Below the pieces are notes generated by a model, which saw only the letters and a program-made list of their open reading frames with translations, was not told the origin of the DNA and did no database searches. DNA of 63,713 nt, the filler included, from Craspedostauros australis (Eukaryota), in assembly GCA_030167865.1 (NCBI GenBank). It is 10 parts of 10 records of this genome, joined end to end, with 100 filler letters (N's around TTAATTAATTAA, not from the genome) between each part and the next. Parts side by side here need not be neighbours in the genome. Positions count along the whole stretch, not along the records: positions 12,345 to 31,818 come from JALAGF010003587.1; 9 more parts are not named here. One strand, written 5' to 3'. Below, piece after piece: positions 12,345 through 24,387 of this stretch. A program made the position numbers and the translations under genes. Within the stretch, counting starts at the first letter, position 1. Each line of letters opens with the position of its first letter.

Positions 12345-15300
12345 TGGCGGCTCTCGGAGGCACGGCCGTCAGCGCTGCCCCTGAGTACGAGACCGTCCCG
12401 GTCTCCAAGCCAACCTGCGCCAAGCCGGCCAGAAGCGGAACCTGCCACGCGGCTGGTCTCCTCAACGCCGGTGAGGAAGCCCTCACTCTTGCCCCTGAGC
12501 AACCAGCCGACCTTGAGACCGTCCGCGTCGTCCTCAAGCAGAGCTTCTTCGAGGGACAGGACATCGCCTTCGCCGGTGTGGTCATCCCCTCGATCTACAC
12601 CAACGGCGAGCCGATCTGCATCGAGAACTTCGGACCCCTTGCCTTCGGCGCCAACCTCGATCATGAAGGTCACCCATTCGACCTCATGTGCAATCCCGCC
12701 ACCAACACCGCCAAGGTCTCCATCTACATCTCCGACGACAAGATCGACGCAGACAAGCTCGATGAGCTGGCCGAGGACTCGGACGGCCAATTCCCGGACG
12801 AGTGCGATCTCGGCGAGTTCGTCCCCACCGAGATGTGCAGCGTGACTTACGAGATCCAGTGCGGATGCTCTGAGCACGGTGACGAAGAGGAGGAGGAACT
12901 CGCCGACGCCGAGGATGGCATCGAGGATGACATTGAGGATGCTCATGCCGAAACCGAGGAAGCCATCGATGCCCACCTCGACGTGAGAGTCAATGCCGCT
13001 GCCGATGTTGTTGACATGGAGGATGGCGCCAATATCAAGCGCAAGCTCGATGCTCAGCTCCGTAAGTTATCACGGCCGTCTTCATCTTCCAACACGCGCG
13101 AATGTGAAGCTTGTCTTGCATACTCGCACTGTGCTTTCGTGATCCGGCTGTAACTAACCTATTCATTCGCTCCCTTCCTTCCTTCCTTCTTTCCTTCATT
13201 TGCCTCTTTTTCTACCACATTATCCACCGATGATCCACATTCCACGTGGCACACTTCGCGCCACCTTCTCCACGCGTTCCTCCGCCACATGCAGGCCCGA
13301 CCCCGGCACCGACCAGCGCCCCGACTAGCGCTCCAACACGCCCCAAGCCCACCAACCCGCCCAGCGTGAGCTTCGAGCCGACCACCAGTTTGGCACCGAC
13401 CGAAGAGCAGGGACCAGGCTGCGACAGCATCACCTACCTTCCAGAGGGACACACCGGACCTCTTCCGTTCTGCTACGATGGAAGCACGTACCATGGAACA
13501 TACCGCGGCAACGGACGGGGTCGCGGCAAGGCTGACACCACCTGCTATGTCGTCGAGGAGTCCGAATGCGGAATGATCGACTTCATGATCCAGGGCGCCA
13601 ACTCGATGGACAACTACCGTTGCTCCGACGTCTTTGACTGGTACATCCGCTGCGTGGCCTCCTACGGTTGCACTCCTGCCCATGACAGCACAGTCTACTT
13701 CGCCTACGGCAAGCCAGGAACGCGAAGGGTGAGCTGGATCGGGGCCAGCAGCGGCCAGCCAGGATACTACCGATTCACTCTCGACGGAAATGGTGTCTGG
13801 GGTGGTGCCTACAAGTGGAAATGTCCAAGCAAGGAAGCCGCGTACGGAATGAAGCACTTCACTGACGCCGTCTACAACACGAAGGTCCCTGGCGACTGGC
13901 GCCGTCTGTTCCAGACACCCGTCGGAACTTGTGAAAGCTCTGCCCCATCCGAGAGTCTGGTCCCCACCTCTAGCCCTGCCCCGTCCCTCCCAGTCCCACC
14001 GGACTGCACATCGGACTTCGGATATCACTTCCCATACTCCAAGCCACGAACAAGCAACCACGTCAACAGGAGAAGCCAGTCTGGTCCCAAGGGAAAGATA
14101 TACATCGTCGTCAACAAGCACTGCCAGTACTACATGTACGGCGCCGGTGTGCAAGGCACCAAGTACGTGAACAACATGGAAGAGATGGTAGAAGGCGTCG
14201 CCAAGGCTTGGGGGGCGCAGATGGTCAACAACAACGCCAAGTTCAACCCTCTCGGGCGAATGAACCAAGGGATGATCATCTCCGGCAATTGCGGTAACCA
14301 GCTGTGGTGCACAAAGACTGCGTACGTCTCCTTCCGCAAGCACAGCGGTGTCGAGAACGAAGACAAGATCTTCCTCTTCGATTCGAGGACCTACGCCGAC
14401 CGCTTCCGCCGACTGTTCTACGATACGGCCAAGAATGACAACGAGGTCTTCTTCACCTTGGACGAGAACAACAAGTGCGGTGTGTCCCCAATGTGCACTG
14501 ACGACGGGAAGACAGCATGCTACGTGGACACCAAGAAGAGCGATTTTTGCGGCCCGTTCGACTTCGTCGTCGTGAACACTGAGGGCGACGAGCAGCTGAG
14601 GACCAACGATGTGTGGGAATTCTTCACCGACTGCGCAGCGTCGTGGCCATCGTGCACCAAGTATGAATACGGAACCGTCCAGTTCGTCTACGGCAGATCT
14701 CCAAGAGTGCACAGCTGGAGAAGTGGTGGCAAGCGAATCGTCCGTCTCAAGGACAACGGCTTCAAGGGAGAGGTGCAGTACCACTGCACCAACAACGAGC
14801 AAGGTCTTGACCTGTACCACTTGGCCTACAAGATGTACTGCACTGATCTCTTCAAGAAGAAGAAGAGCGAGTGCACACAAAGTCCAACCGACTCGCCAAC
14901 TGCCTGCCAAGACAGCTTCCTCACCAAGCCACCGATCAACATCAACATCGTCATGGATATTTCGTACTCCACCTACTACACCCCCTTCGGCGGTTCCTGG
15001 ATCGGCGACCTCAACGGTGATGGCAAGAGAAACTCCATCCTGGATGCAGAGATTGCCGCCGTCCTTCAATTGCTCAAGGTCATCGAGAACTCGGACGTCC
15101 TCGACAACACCAACGTCGATCTCGGTTTCGTGGTCTTCGAGACTTCTGGCTTCTACAAGGGCGAATACATGCACGCAGGACGTTACAAGCCACTCAACAG
15201 CAATGGCAATGGCATCAACTCCGACCTCATCAAGGACCTCAAAGACATCCAGACTCTCAAGACGAACGCAACTGTCATCCAAAACAACAAGGGATTCACC

Positions 15301-17379
15301 AACTTCGACGATGCCTTGGACAAGTCCATCGAGTACTTCATGGAACGCGAGAATGACTCGACCATCAACTTCGACGAGTGGACCAACCTGATGGTGTTCC
15401 TTTCTGACGGAATCCCCAACATCCGCGGTGACGGAGACAATGAGCCATTCTGCAAGCACGGCCTGAGCAATGTGAACTGCAACAACCCCAACGCAAGGAA
15501 CAAGCCTGACACCGCCGCAACCCTGCGATGGGAGAGCGGAGAGCTCTCCTTCTGCCAGTCTGGCGATACGGGATGTGCTGACAACAAGTACAAGCCATGC
15601 GTCCTTGGACCCAAATGCGAGGGCGATGACTCCGTGAAGATGTTCGGGAGCGAGTTCAAGCGCCTTGACATGTTCGGGCGAGACGGTGTGAAGCGAATCT
15701 CCATCGGTGTGGGAAAGAGCAGCGACGGCAGCATGGGAAGCGCCCTGTACTCCATCGACAACAACCCGCTGAAGAAAACCTTCCCCGATCTCCTTCCACC
15801 GGTTGTGACCACGACCGATGCCCTGGCCAACCTCCTCCGAAACTTGTGTTACGAAAACACGGCAAACCCGACGGATCAGCCATCTGTCAGCCCGACATCC
15901 ATCCCAACCACCTTACCGACTGGCTCCCCAACTCACGAACCAACATCCGCACCAACCAGCAAGCCAACCAGCGCACCGACGTCCCCACCGACGGGCCTGC
16001 CAACCAGCGCACCAACCGACGAGCCAACCGAGACACCGTCTTCCCAGCCCACCGACGACCTTTGCGACTACACCGTCCTCGACTTCGCCGGCGAGACCGG
16101 CCCGGCGCTGCCGGACACTTGGACACCAACGTACGGAATGCGTATCATGTCCATGGTGTCGGACGTCGCAGGAAACCTCGCGTACATCGACACGAACGAT
16201 GCCGAGGCAGGAGTCGTCCTTGCTGTGCCAAAGGCAGATTCCGTGGTCGACGAGGTGAGCCCGGACGGAGGATCCATCCTCATCAACCAGGACCTCACCC
16301 AAGACAAGTTCATGCGCATAAGTCTGTACAATGTCGAAAATGAGTTCAAGATCATTCGCCGATTCCGGGAGATGAGCATGTTCGGCGAAGTCGTCGGAAC
16401 TGTCGCCTCTGTTGATGAGCACGATGCCTTCACCGGCGTCAAGGAGTTCAAGATCCCAGTCGACGGCATTTTTCAGGTCGAGGTCCAGTTCGAAGGACAC
16501 GGTAGCCTCTCCAAGCTCCAGATCTGCCGCAATCCCAACAGCACCCCGGCTCCATTCGGATTGTCCTCTAACGGATCCACGGACCCACCAACCGCAACCC
16601 CAACCACCAACACCGCTACCCCGACCATGTTGCCTACTGTGGACGACGGATGCCCGCCAGATGCTGTCGTCATCAGCACCACTGGAAGCACCCCGTTCCC
16701 ACAAAACCCCATTGAGGTCGTGTCTCAAGATGGAACGACTGTTACGTTCAAGGTCAAGCAGACCTGGAAGGAGACCGTGGGATACCTGTACACCAACTAC
16801 CAGACCTCCTTCTTCGACAGCGAGTGCATCTTGCTGGAGGAAGTGGAGAAGTACGCTAGCGAGACCTACACCGCCAAATGCATGGACTCTGTCGAGATCG
16901 CCGTGGTGGACATTTACGTCTCTGATCCCTCACTCAACAAGGTCTTGGACGACGCCGTCATCCCAATCTGCTGCCAGAAGCCGGACGTTGATAGCCACCC
17001 CACCGTGAAATACACGTTCGAGGTCAAGTGCGTGGATCCATGCCCAACCCCGGCACGCAAGCTCAGCGACAAGCAGGTTGTTGGCGACGAAGTCGACGCC
17101 AAGTACAGCAAGAAGACGATCATCAAGACCGACAAAGATGGCAAGGCCGAGACCGAGACCAGCAGCACAGACCACTACTGCAAGCCGAGCGAGCACCCGT
17201 GCAGTGACGATTCCAGCATGGTGAACGTGTGCCATTACTCATCAAAGAAGGGCTTCCAGACTTACTGCATGACTGCCGCCGATTCTGACATCGTCTCGTA
17301 CTATCCAAACGACTCCTGCGGCCCTTGCCCGCCAGAGCTCTCGGAGAAGGCCAGCGTCAACGCCGAAGTTGCCAAGTAG
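12345..17379 (+). CDS. Large secreted vWA-domain, PTS/mucin-rich, Cys-rich extracellular protein (~1608 aa with the N-terminus restored); exons <12345-13061 and 13295-17379
   Basis: Intron 13062-13294 (C|GTAAGT ... ATGCAG|GC) gives in-frame DAQL-R-PTPAPT. vWA MIDAS-type motifs IVMDISYST, TNFDDAL, VFLSDGIP. PTSAPT repeats at ~13297-13400 and ~15860-16055. Multiple Cys-rich modules. Confidence 0.88.
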
Positions 17380-17798
17380 GCGTGATGCGACGAGCCGATC
17401 GGACCGTCCGTCGCAGCGCAATTGACGAATGGGTTCGGAAACAATGCGTACTAGATACCCTGTTGCTGACGCAAATGCTGCCTGCCGATCTTGCGGCAGA
17501 TAGCACGACAACGCCAAGCTACTATATTGGCACCCACAGGCTGCCGGACGATGATGGCAGAGTTCTTCAGCCAAGCTCCTCTCTCCTCAACGCCTACGTC
17601 ACACCGTGCCGTCTCTAGCACTCAGATCAACAGGGAAGCAAGCGAGCAAACAAACCAAACCAAAGACGAACTAAAACAAGGCATAACAGATTTCATGTTT
17701 TGCACAGCACGCGTCGCTCCCTCTCTTGTATACTCTGTGTATAATTCATACTTGTGCATTTGGCCTGAAACTCTCTGCTGTTTCTCGCGTAGTCATCG

Positions 17799-17840
17799 GA
17801 TGACGATGACGATGATAATGATGATGATGATGATGATGAT
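17799..17840. repeat. (GAT/GAC)n microsatellite; a (GA)n tract also lies at 18071-18094
   Basis: Directly visible. Confidence 0.9.
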
Positions 17841-19228
17841 GGGAGTGCTTGCATCATGGTGCCCTCATGGCTGAGACTTGGACCGCTCGCGATGGAAGAC
17901 ACACGGGCGCGGGTATCGATGCGTCCGTTCCGCCAATTGGCTTGGCCGTCGCCGCTCATGGGTGCTGTGCGACGGACACGATGCCCATACCCCCTCGTGC
18001 AAATATCATACTCGTAGCTCGTGTTCTGCCGAAGTCGGACCCCCTGCTGTCCTCTTTATCTCCTCCCCGAAGAGAGAGAGAGAGAGAGAGAGAGCCAAAC
18101 GAAACCGCCCCTCCGATTGGTGGGGAAACAAGTCCGAGGAAGGGCGCAAAACGCACGGCGGATAAAGTGGACTACAAGTAGCCTCGTAGAGTATAGTAGG
18201 TCATACGAGTATGATCACAAGAGAGGAATAGAAAACAGCCGGGGGTGGCCTGAGGGAATCGAGATCGTACCCGTATCCACAACGACCACCTGTCAACGCA
18301 GTGCTCTCCGTGGAGAGAGAGCAAGCACGATGTCATGGCAACTTCCGTGCGTGTCTGTGAACAAGCGGAACCATGAGGGCGAACAAGTGTTTCGCCCTTC
18401 TCCTGTCCGCGCCAAAAAGTCTTCAATCATTGCCGATGAATTCGACTTGGACCAGACTTCGAAGAGGCGCCACTCTGATCACGAACAGATACTGAATAGA
18501 GTAATAAAACACAAATACTCTACTTGGTGACATGCACAGTACGACTATCTCCCAACAGAGAAGGAATGGCCTATATCGTGATCCCTCTGCACGGTTGTGG
18601 AGCCTGTAACAACGACAGAAAAGCCTCCGCCCAAATTCAACCAGAGCGGTTGGGTGGGCGCATGGATGAGAAACGGCGTTCCACGAACGACAGAAGCTAC
18701 GATCGACTTCAGCCCCCACATCATTCTGCCACGAACACGCGGCAACCAAAGTCGCAACAGGAGAACATCCAACATGTCCGCCGACGATGTGCGCCGCCCA
18801 CGCTCAACGGCGAAATGCACTTGTTGTGATCAATTGCGGGAACGAGAACGATGCTAGTCAGTCCAGATACGACCAACTGACGCACAAAGAGGAGAATGGG
18901 GCCATGCCTTCCTTGTCGATGCCAAGGCGTTGATGAGTGTTGGCAGGGAGCATGAGTTTGATGCTGCACCCGCGGACGCTCCGTTGTCTCCGCAACCACC
19001 AACAACAACGCCTCCCCGGCAACGCCTCCCCGATAGCTCGCAGGTCACAAAATCATACGATCACACGACCATACCATCACACGATCATAAATCCTGCCGA
19101 TACTCATAGTCGCACCCGTACTCGTATTAGCAGCGCACAATTCCTATCACCACCCAAGAGAAGGTGAACCAGTTTGGCGCGCAATTGCGAAAGCAACGCA
19201 AACGAAGCCACCGAAAGCCACGGCAACG

Positions 19229-22200
19229 ATGCAGGCCAATCCCAAAGAATGGATCCTGCAGCTCGGGCTCCAGCTACTCATGCTCCAGCTGCTCGTGCTC
19301 AGTGCTCCACAGACGCAAGCGCACGCACACACTGCAGCACAATCTCAGCATTTCCATCCCACCAGCAACGCGACTCCATTCGATGGCGACCGTGCGTTGC
19401 TGAAGGCGGACGCAAGTTCCAACATCGCGGCGACCTGCGCGGCAATCTCCAAGGCCAAGCTATCGTCGTCCGCGTCTTCAGCAGCGCCCAAGACGACGTA
19501 CACCATCGGCGTGCTCGCCAACCGAGGCGTGGACACGGCCATTGACGAATTCACTCCCACCTTCGTGGATTACCTCAACCACGAATTGGGCGAAACGTAC
19601 TTCGACCCTCCCATCTCCTTTCAGCTCCTCCCCGTCGGCTTCCAAGGCCTGCTGGATGATGCGGCGGCTGGCAAGTTCGACTTCATCTTCGCCAACCCGT
19701 CCATCCTCTCATGCATCGAAAGCGAGGTCGGTGCCAGCGTCCTCGCCACGCTCATCAACAAGCGCAAGGTGGGATCCGTTTCGTACGATCTCGACCAATT
19801 CGGTGGTGTCATCTTCACGCTGGCGGGCAACGATGAGATCAACACGCTTCAAGATCTCAAGCAGAAGAAGGCGGCTTGCGTCTCCATCACCGGTCTGGGA
19901 TCAGGCCAGATGCAGTTCCAGCAACTGCAGCGTGATGGGTTCCATCACATCCAAGATTTGCGACAGCTCCTCTTCCTCGGATCCCAGACCAAAGTGGTCG
20001 ACCACGTCCTTCAAGGCAAGATCGAGGTCGGCTTCGTCCGCACCGACCAGCTGCAGCGATCCACAGACCCTGCAACGGGCGAGGCCTTGGATCTGAGCAA
20101 GATCAAGATCATCAACAAGCAATCTGACGTCGTCGATATCAACGGAGATCCGTTCCCCTTCGAGGTCTCCACGGATCTATTCCCCGAATGGGGAGTCATC
20201 GTCGTCAACAGCGACACGCGCAATGTTCCTCTGGACGTAACAAGGCGCGTCCAAGATGCGCTCCTATCGATTGCTGATCATGCTGCCGTCGCTCAGCCGC
20301 TGGACTTGTGCTACCAGCAGAATGGTTGCGACGCCATCGCAGCTGGCGGCTCGGATCCGGTCGCCGCGTTGATAGCACAGGAGCAGTGCGAGGAGGCCTG
20401 CTACGATAACCTCACCGCCTCGGAGTTCGTGGACTGCACCACCACGATGACCTCTGCCAGGCTGGCGCTCGCGGCGATGACCAAGGGGAGGTACGCTGGA
20501 TGGAGAACGGCTCTCAACTACATGCAGCTCCGCAACATGCAGGAGGAAACGGGCTTTATCCGCATCAACCGCGACGGATCAAACAGCGGAAATTTGGACG
20601 GACCGCGCTGCATCCGAACGACGGAGCTCGCCGACGCAGTCGTCTGTCCCGACGGTTACCGCAAGAAATCAAACAAGGACATCGAGACAGGCTGCGAAAG
20701 CATTGGGCTGCCATGTGACGGATACTCCTGTCTTTGCAGTCCATGCACCAAGATCGAGACCTGCGAGCACAACACCGTGCGAATCAATGGCAACTGCATC
20801 TCCCTGAGCATCCTGCTGCCGTCAATTATCGTCCCCTTCTTCGTCCTGATCGGAGTTGGCGTCTTTCTTTGGACACGCCACCTGCAGAGCCAAACGGACT
20901 CGTTATGGAAGATCAAGACGAGCGAGCTGGCCTTCTACAATCCTCCCAGAGTGCTGGGGCGCGGGACGTTTGGATTGGTGCTGTTGGCGGAGTACAGAGG
21001 AACGAAGGTCGCCGTCAAACGCGTCCTCCCCAGCCGGAGCAGCAACAGCCGGCAGAAGGAAAATCTCGATTCCTTCATGGCGTCGCCCTTCGATTACTTA
21101 GACCGCACGACGACATCAAAAACTCCTACCGCGCTGCGACTGCAATCAACGGCCGGCGAATCAATGGTGGATTCTGTTGGCTTGCCTTTAGATGTGGCGA
21201 GCGGCACCGGGATGATCGGTGGCAATGCATCCACGCAAACTGGCTCGTTCAAGGACGAAGAGATGGCAGTTCCGTCACACTACAAGGCGCGCAGCAAGCA
21301 GATCGACCCTGCCACGGGACTGCCGGAAAACTTTGGATTCAAGAGTGGCTTCTTCCCATCGAGCTACAAGTCCAGCAGGAGCTTCAACCTCAAATCTCAC
21401 AACTGGTCGCACATTTCTACAGCAACGAAGACCCGCGACGTCAGCAAACTGCAAACCGACTTCATCGACGAGATGCGGCAGATCTCGCGGCTGCGCCATC
21501 CCTGCATCACGACTGTCATGGGTGCCGTCATCAACCGCCGATCCGAATCCATGCTCGTTATGGAATTCATGGAGCTTGGTTCGTTGTATGACTTCCTCCA
21601 CAATGACACGATCGCAATCGAGAACAAGATGGCGATCAATCTGCTCCAAGACGTCGCTCAGGGATTGCGATTCTTGCATTCGGCCGAACCTGGAATCGTA
21701 AGTGTATTCATCGACGTACCACACCGCACCGCGCTGTACTGTATTGCGCAAGAGCATTATAGGTGTCGCATGTGCGAGATCTATATCCTCACTCACCCGC
21801 TGCAAATCGAATCAATTGCTCTACATCGTCCCCTCCATCTCCAATATCAATCCACATTCCGATGCATACGCACATATGTTGCAGGTCCATGGAGACCTCA
21901 AGTCCCTCAACGTTCTGGTCGATGGCAGATTCCGCGCAAAAGTGGCCGACTTTGGTTTCAGCCAAAAGCATCTGTTCCGCAAGTCGGCATCCGGCACGCC
22001 GTTCTGGATGGCGCCGGAACTGCTGCGCGGAGAGAGCACGAACACACCAGAGTCGGACATCTTCTCATTCGGCATTCTGATTTATGAGGTGAGCAAGATG
22101 CATTGCAATGTGTGGGAGGAAAGGGCATGGCATGCCGTGCCGACGACGACATGAGTTTTGCGATGACATTCCCATCATACGTCTCTACACACGATCGATT

Positions 22201-23920
22201 GTCTACAGACGAGCGCGCGTTTCTTCCAGCATCGATTACTTCAGCGCGCTATTTCCAGTGTTTGGCTCGTCACTCTAATCCATTCAACTTGGAATCCCAT
22301 ACATTCACGAATAATCCTTGCGCTCAACTTACGACCACAACTCTTCACTCTCCATTCTGCAATCCGCAATGCCCAATTAACTGCCAACAACGCTGCTGCC
22401 AAACGGAACAGGTCTTCACTCGAAAGGATCCGTACGAGGACGGCAATCACCGAGAGGTGCTACGACTAATCAGCGACAAGACGGTGCAAAAGCGCCCACC
22501 GGTGCCAAAGGATGCACCGATCGAGCTACAATTCCTCATGAAGGAATGCCTGCGGGACTCTCCCTCGATGCGACCATCTGCCGAAAGCATCGACCAACGT
22601 CTGAAGCAGGTCGAAGTGGTGCCGACCGAGATCAAATCGTCGCACCTTCAACGATCCGACGAAATGTGGTCAAAGCGCTTCCCTTATCGCGTCGCGCGAT
22701 CCCTGAAGCTGGGCATGGAGGTTCAACCACAGAGCCATCCGGCAGTCAGCTTGTTTTCCTGCAAGGTTGTAAATCACAGCGACATCATTTCATCGCTGCC
22801 GCCACAGCGGGCTTCGGAATTAATGAACCTCTTCCACAAAACCATCGACAATTTGTGCCAAGTCCACAACGTCTTCCGCATTGAGACAGTCGGCGACAGC
22901 TTCCTGGCGGTCACCAACGTTGCGTTCGACCAGCCCGACCATGTCCGCATCCTGACCAACTTCGCACTGGAGGTCATGGAGACATTCTCAGAAATGCGCA
23001 TCGACAATCCTGGACCACTGTCAAAGCCAAGGTCGCCGTCCATAGAGCATGGTCCAATAGAGACGAAGGACGAAAGCACTCAGTCGGGTGAGCAATCAAC
23101 GGCACAGGCGGAGTCCACACAAACTCCGAACACTCCGTCGTCACCGTCTCGACACATCCGCATCCGCGTCGGTTTGCACACCGGCTCCGTTGTTGCCCAC
23201 GTTGTTGGGTCAGCCAACCCTCGTTTCGCGATCCTGGGAGATGCCGTTAAGGTGGCGAAAAAGCTCGAGGAATGTGCCAAGCCAAACAAGATCCACGTGT
23301 CCCAGGATTTTGCGTTCGAGCTCCTGCAAGATGCGGAGGACAATCAAAACGACTCGGTCACCTTGATTCGAGTCGAAGATGTCCAGGTTCGTAAGCAACT
23401 GAACATGGTGACCTACTACGTCCGGCAAGCTAGTGCGGGTGACACCCAATGGGGAGGAAATGGCAAGGCAGCAGGATCCGGAATGGCATCAGCCGGCTCC
23501 CGAAGCACCGCCCGGACAGAGGCCAACAGTTCCGAAGCCGAAAAGGCGGCAAGCCAAATGCAGAGTGCACAAACAGTGCGTAGTGTACTGGATAAAGTCC
23601 GAAGGAATCAAGAATTGAGAATCCAAAGCGCCAGCGCGCATTTCGAAGTGGACGAAGGCAATGAAGAGGGGGAGTTTGTCCTGCCGCTCTCCAAGGGCGA
23701 CACCAACGAGGTCGCGGCTGTTCCAGCATCAAATACAGCAACATCACAAGCTTCCACAACAATTACAGGGCTTGATAAGCTCGCCGATGAGCAGAAACGA
23801 CAGCGAGGACACTCGCCGTTCCGGCGCCGCTTATCCAAGAGTTCCGCCGTGTCAAGTGGGTCAGCGCACAGCGTAAGGAGCGACGAGCTGTACTACAAGC
23901 AGATCATGGAGAGTGGTTGA
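19229..23920 (+). CDS. Receptor with phosphate/phosphonate-binding-protein-like (PBP2/PhnD-like) ectodomain, Cys-rich linker, TM, TKL-type protein kinase and a degenerate class III cyclase; ~1393 aa; exons 19229-21697, 21885-22088, 22412-23920
   Basis: Hydrophobic N-terminus. PBP-like segments YTIGVLANRG, DFIFANPS, INTLQDLK, EVGFVRTD. TM ILLPSIIVPFFVLIGVGVFLW. Kinase motifs GRGTFG, VAVK, HGDLKSLN, DFG, WMAPE. Phase-0 introns 21698-21884 and 22089-22411 have GTAAGT/GTGAGC donors and CAG acceptors. Cyclase-like IETVGD and VGLHTGSV. Confidence 0.9.
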
Positions 23921-24387
23921 GAAACGGTCAGGATCAACAACGTCAGCGCGGACGGCACCTATCGAGCACCGTACTTGTGCGAGCTACGGTGCTCGTCCGA
24001 GGACAGGTGCCCAACGAAGTATGTAGCTCATACAATACCATCGCTCACACAACTACGATCAACTCTAGAGAGTGCAAGTATAAAATCGGACTCGTCATGC
24101 CATCCCAATTCATGTTACATCACATTCTACATGATGTAACGAACATCGAGTGCTTGTAGAAACAGGAGAGGACATCAAGAAGAGGGCACCCGGAGTTGAA
24201 TTATAATTGTTCTCAAAATTGCTTCGCCGCTTGTGCAAAACTTGCCGTACTTGCCGGAGACTCCGCTCGTGAGTGCCACGGGATGCAGTCTCCAATGTTC
24301 TCCGCCTCTCTCTCTCTCCGCCTCTCTGTCTGTCTGTCTCTGGAGAGGCGCCACGTCCCATACCATGTAACGGCATGGTATCCCGTT

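Noticed and set aside
6766..13658. Invertible segment or large-TIR transposon
   Set aside because: Both arms start at contig edges and are identical gene sequence; an assembly overlap is the simpler explanation.
13159..15459. 766-aa antisense ORF (likewise 24196-25734 and 7448-8227)
   Set aside because: Shadow ORFs of codon-biased genes on the opposite strand, with no recognisable motifs.
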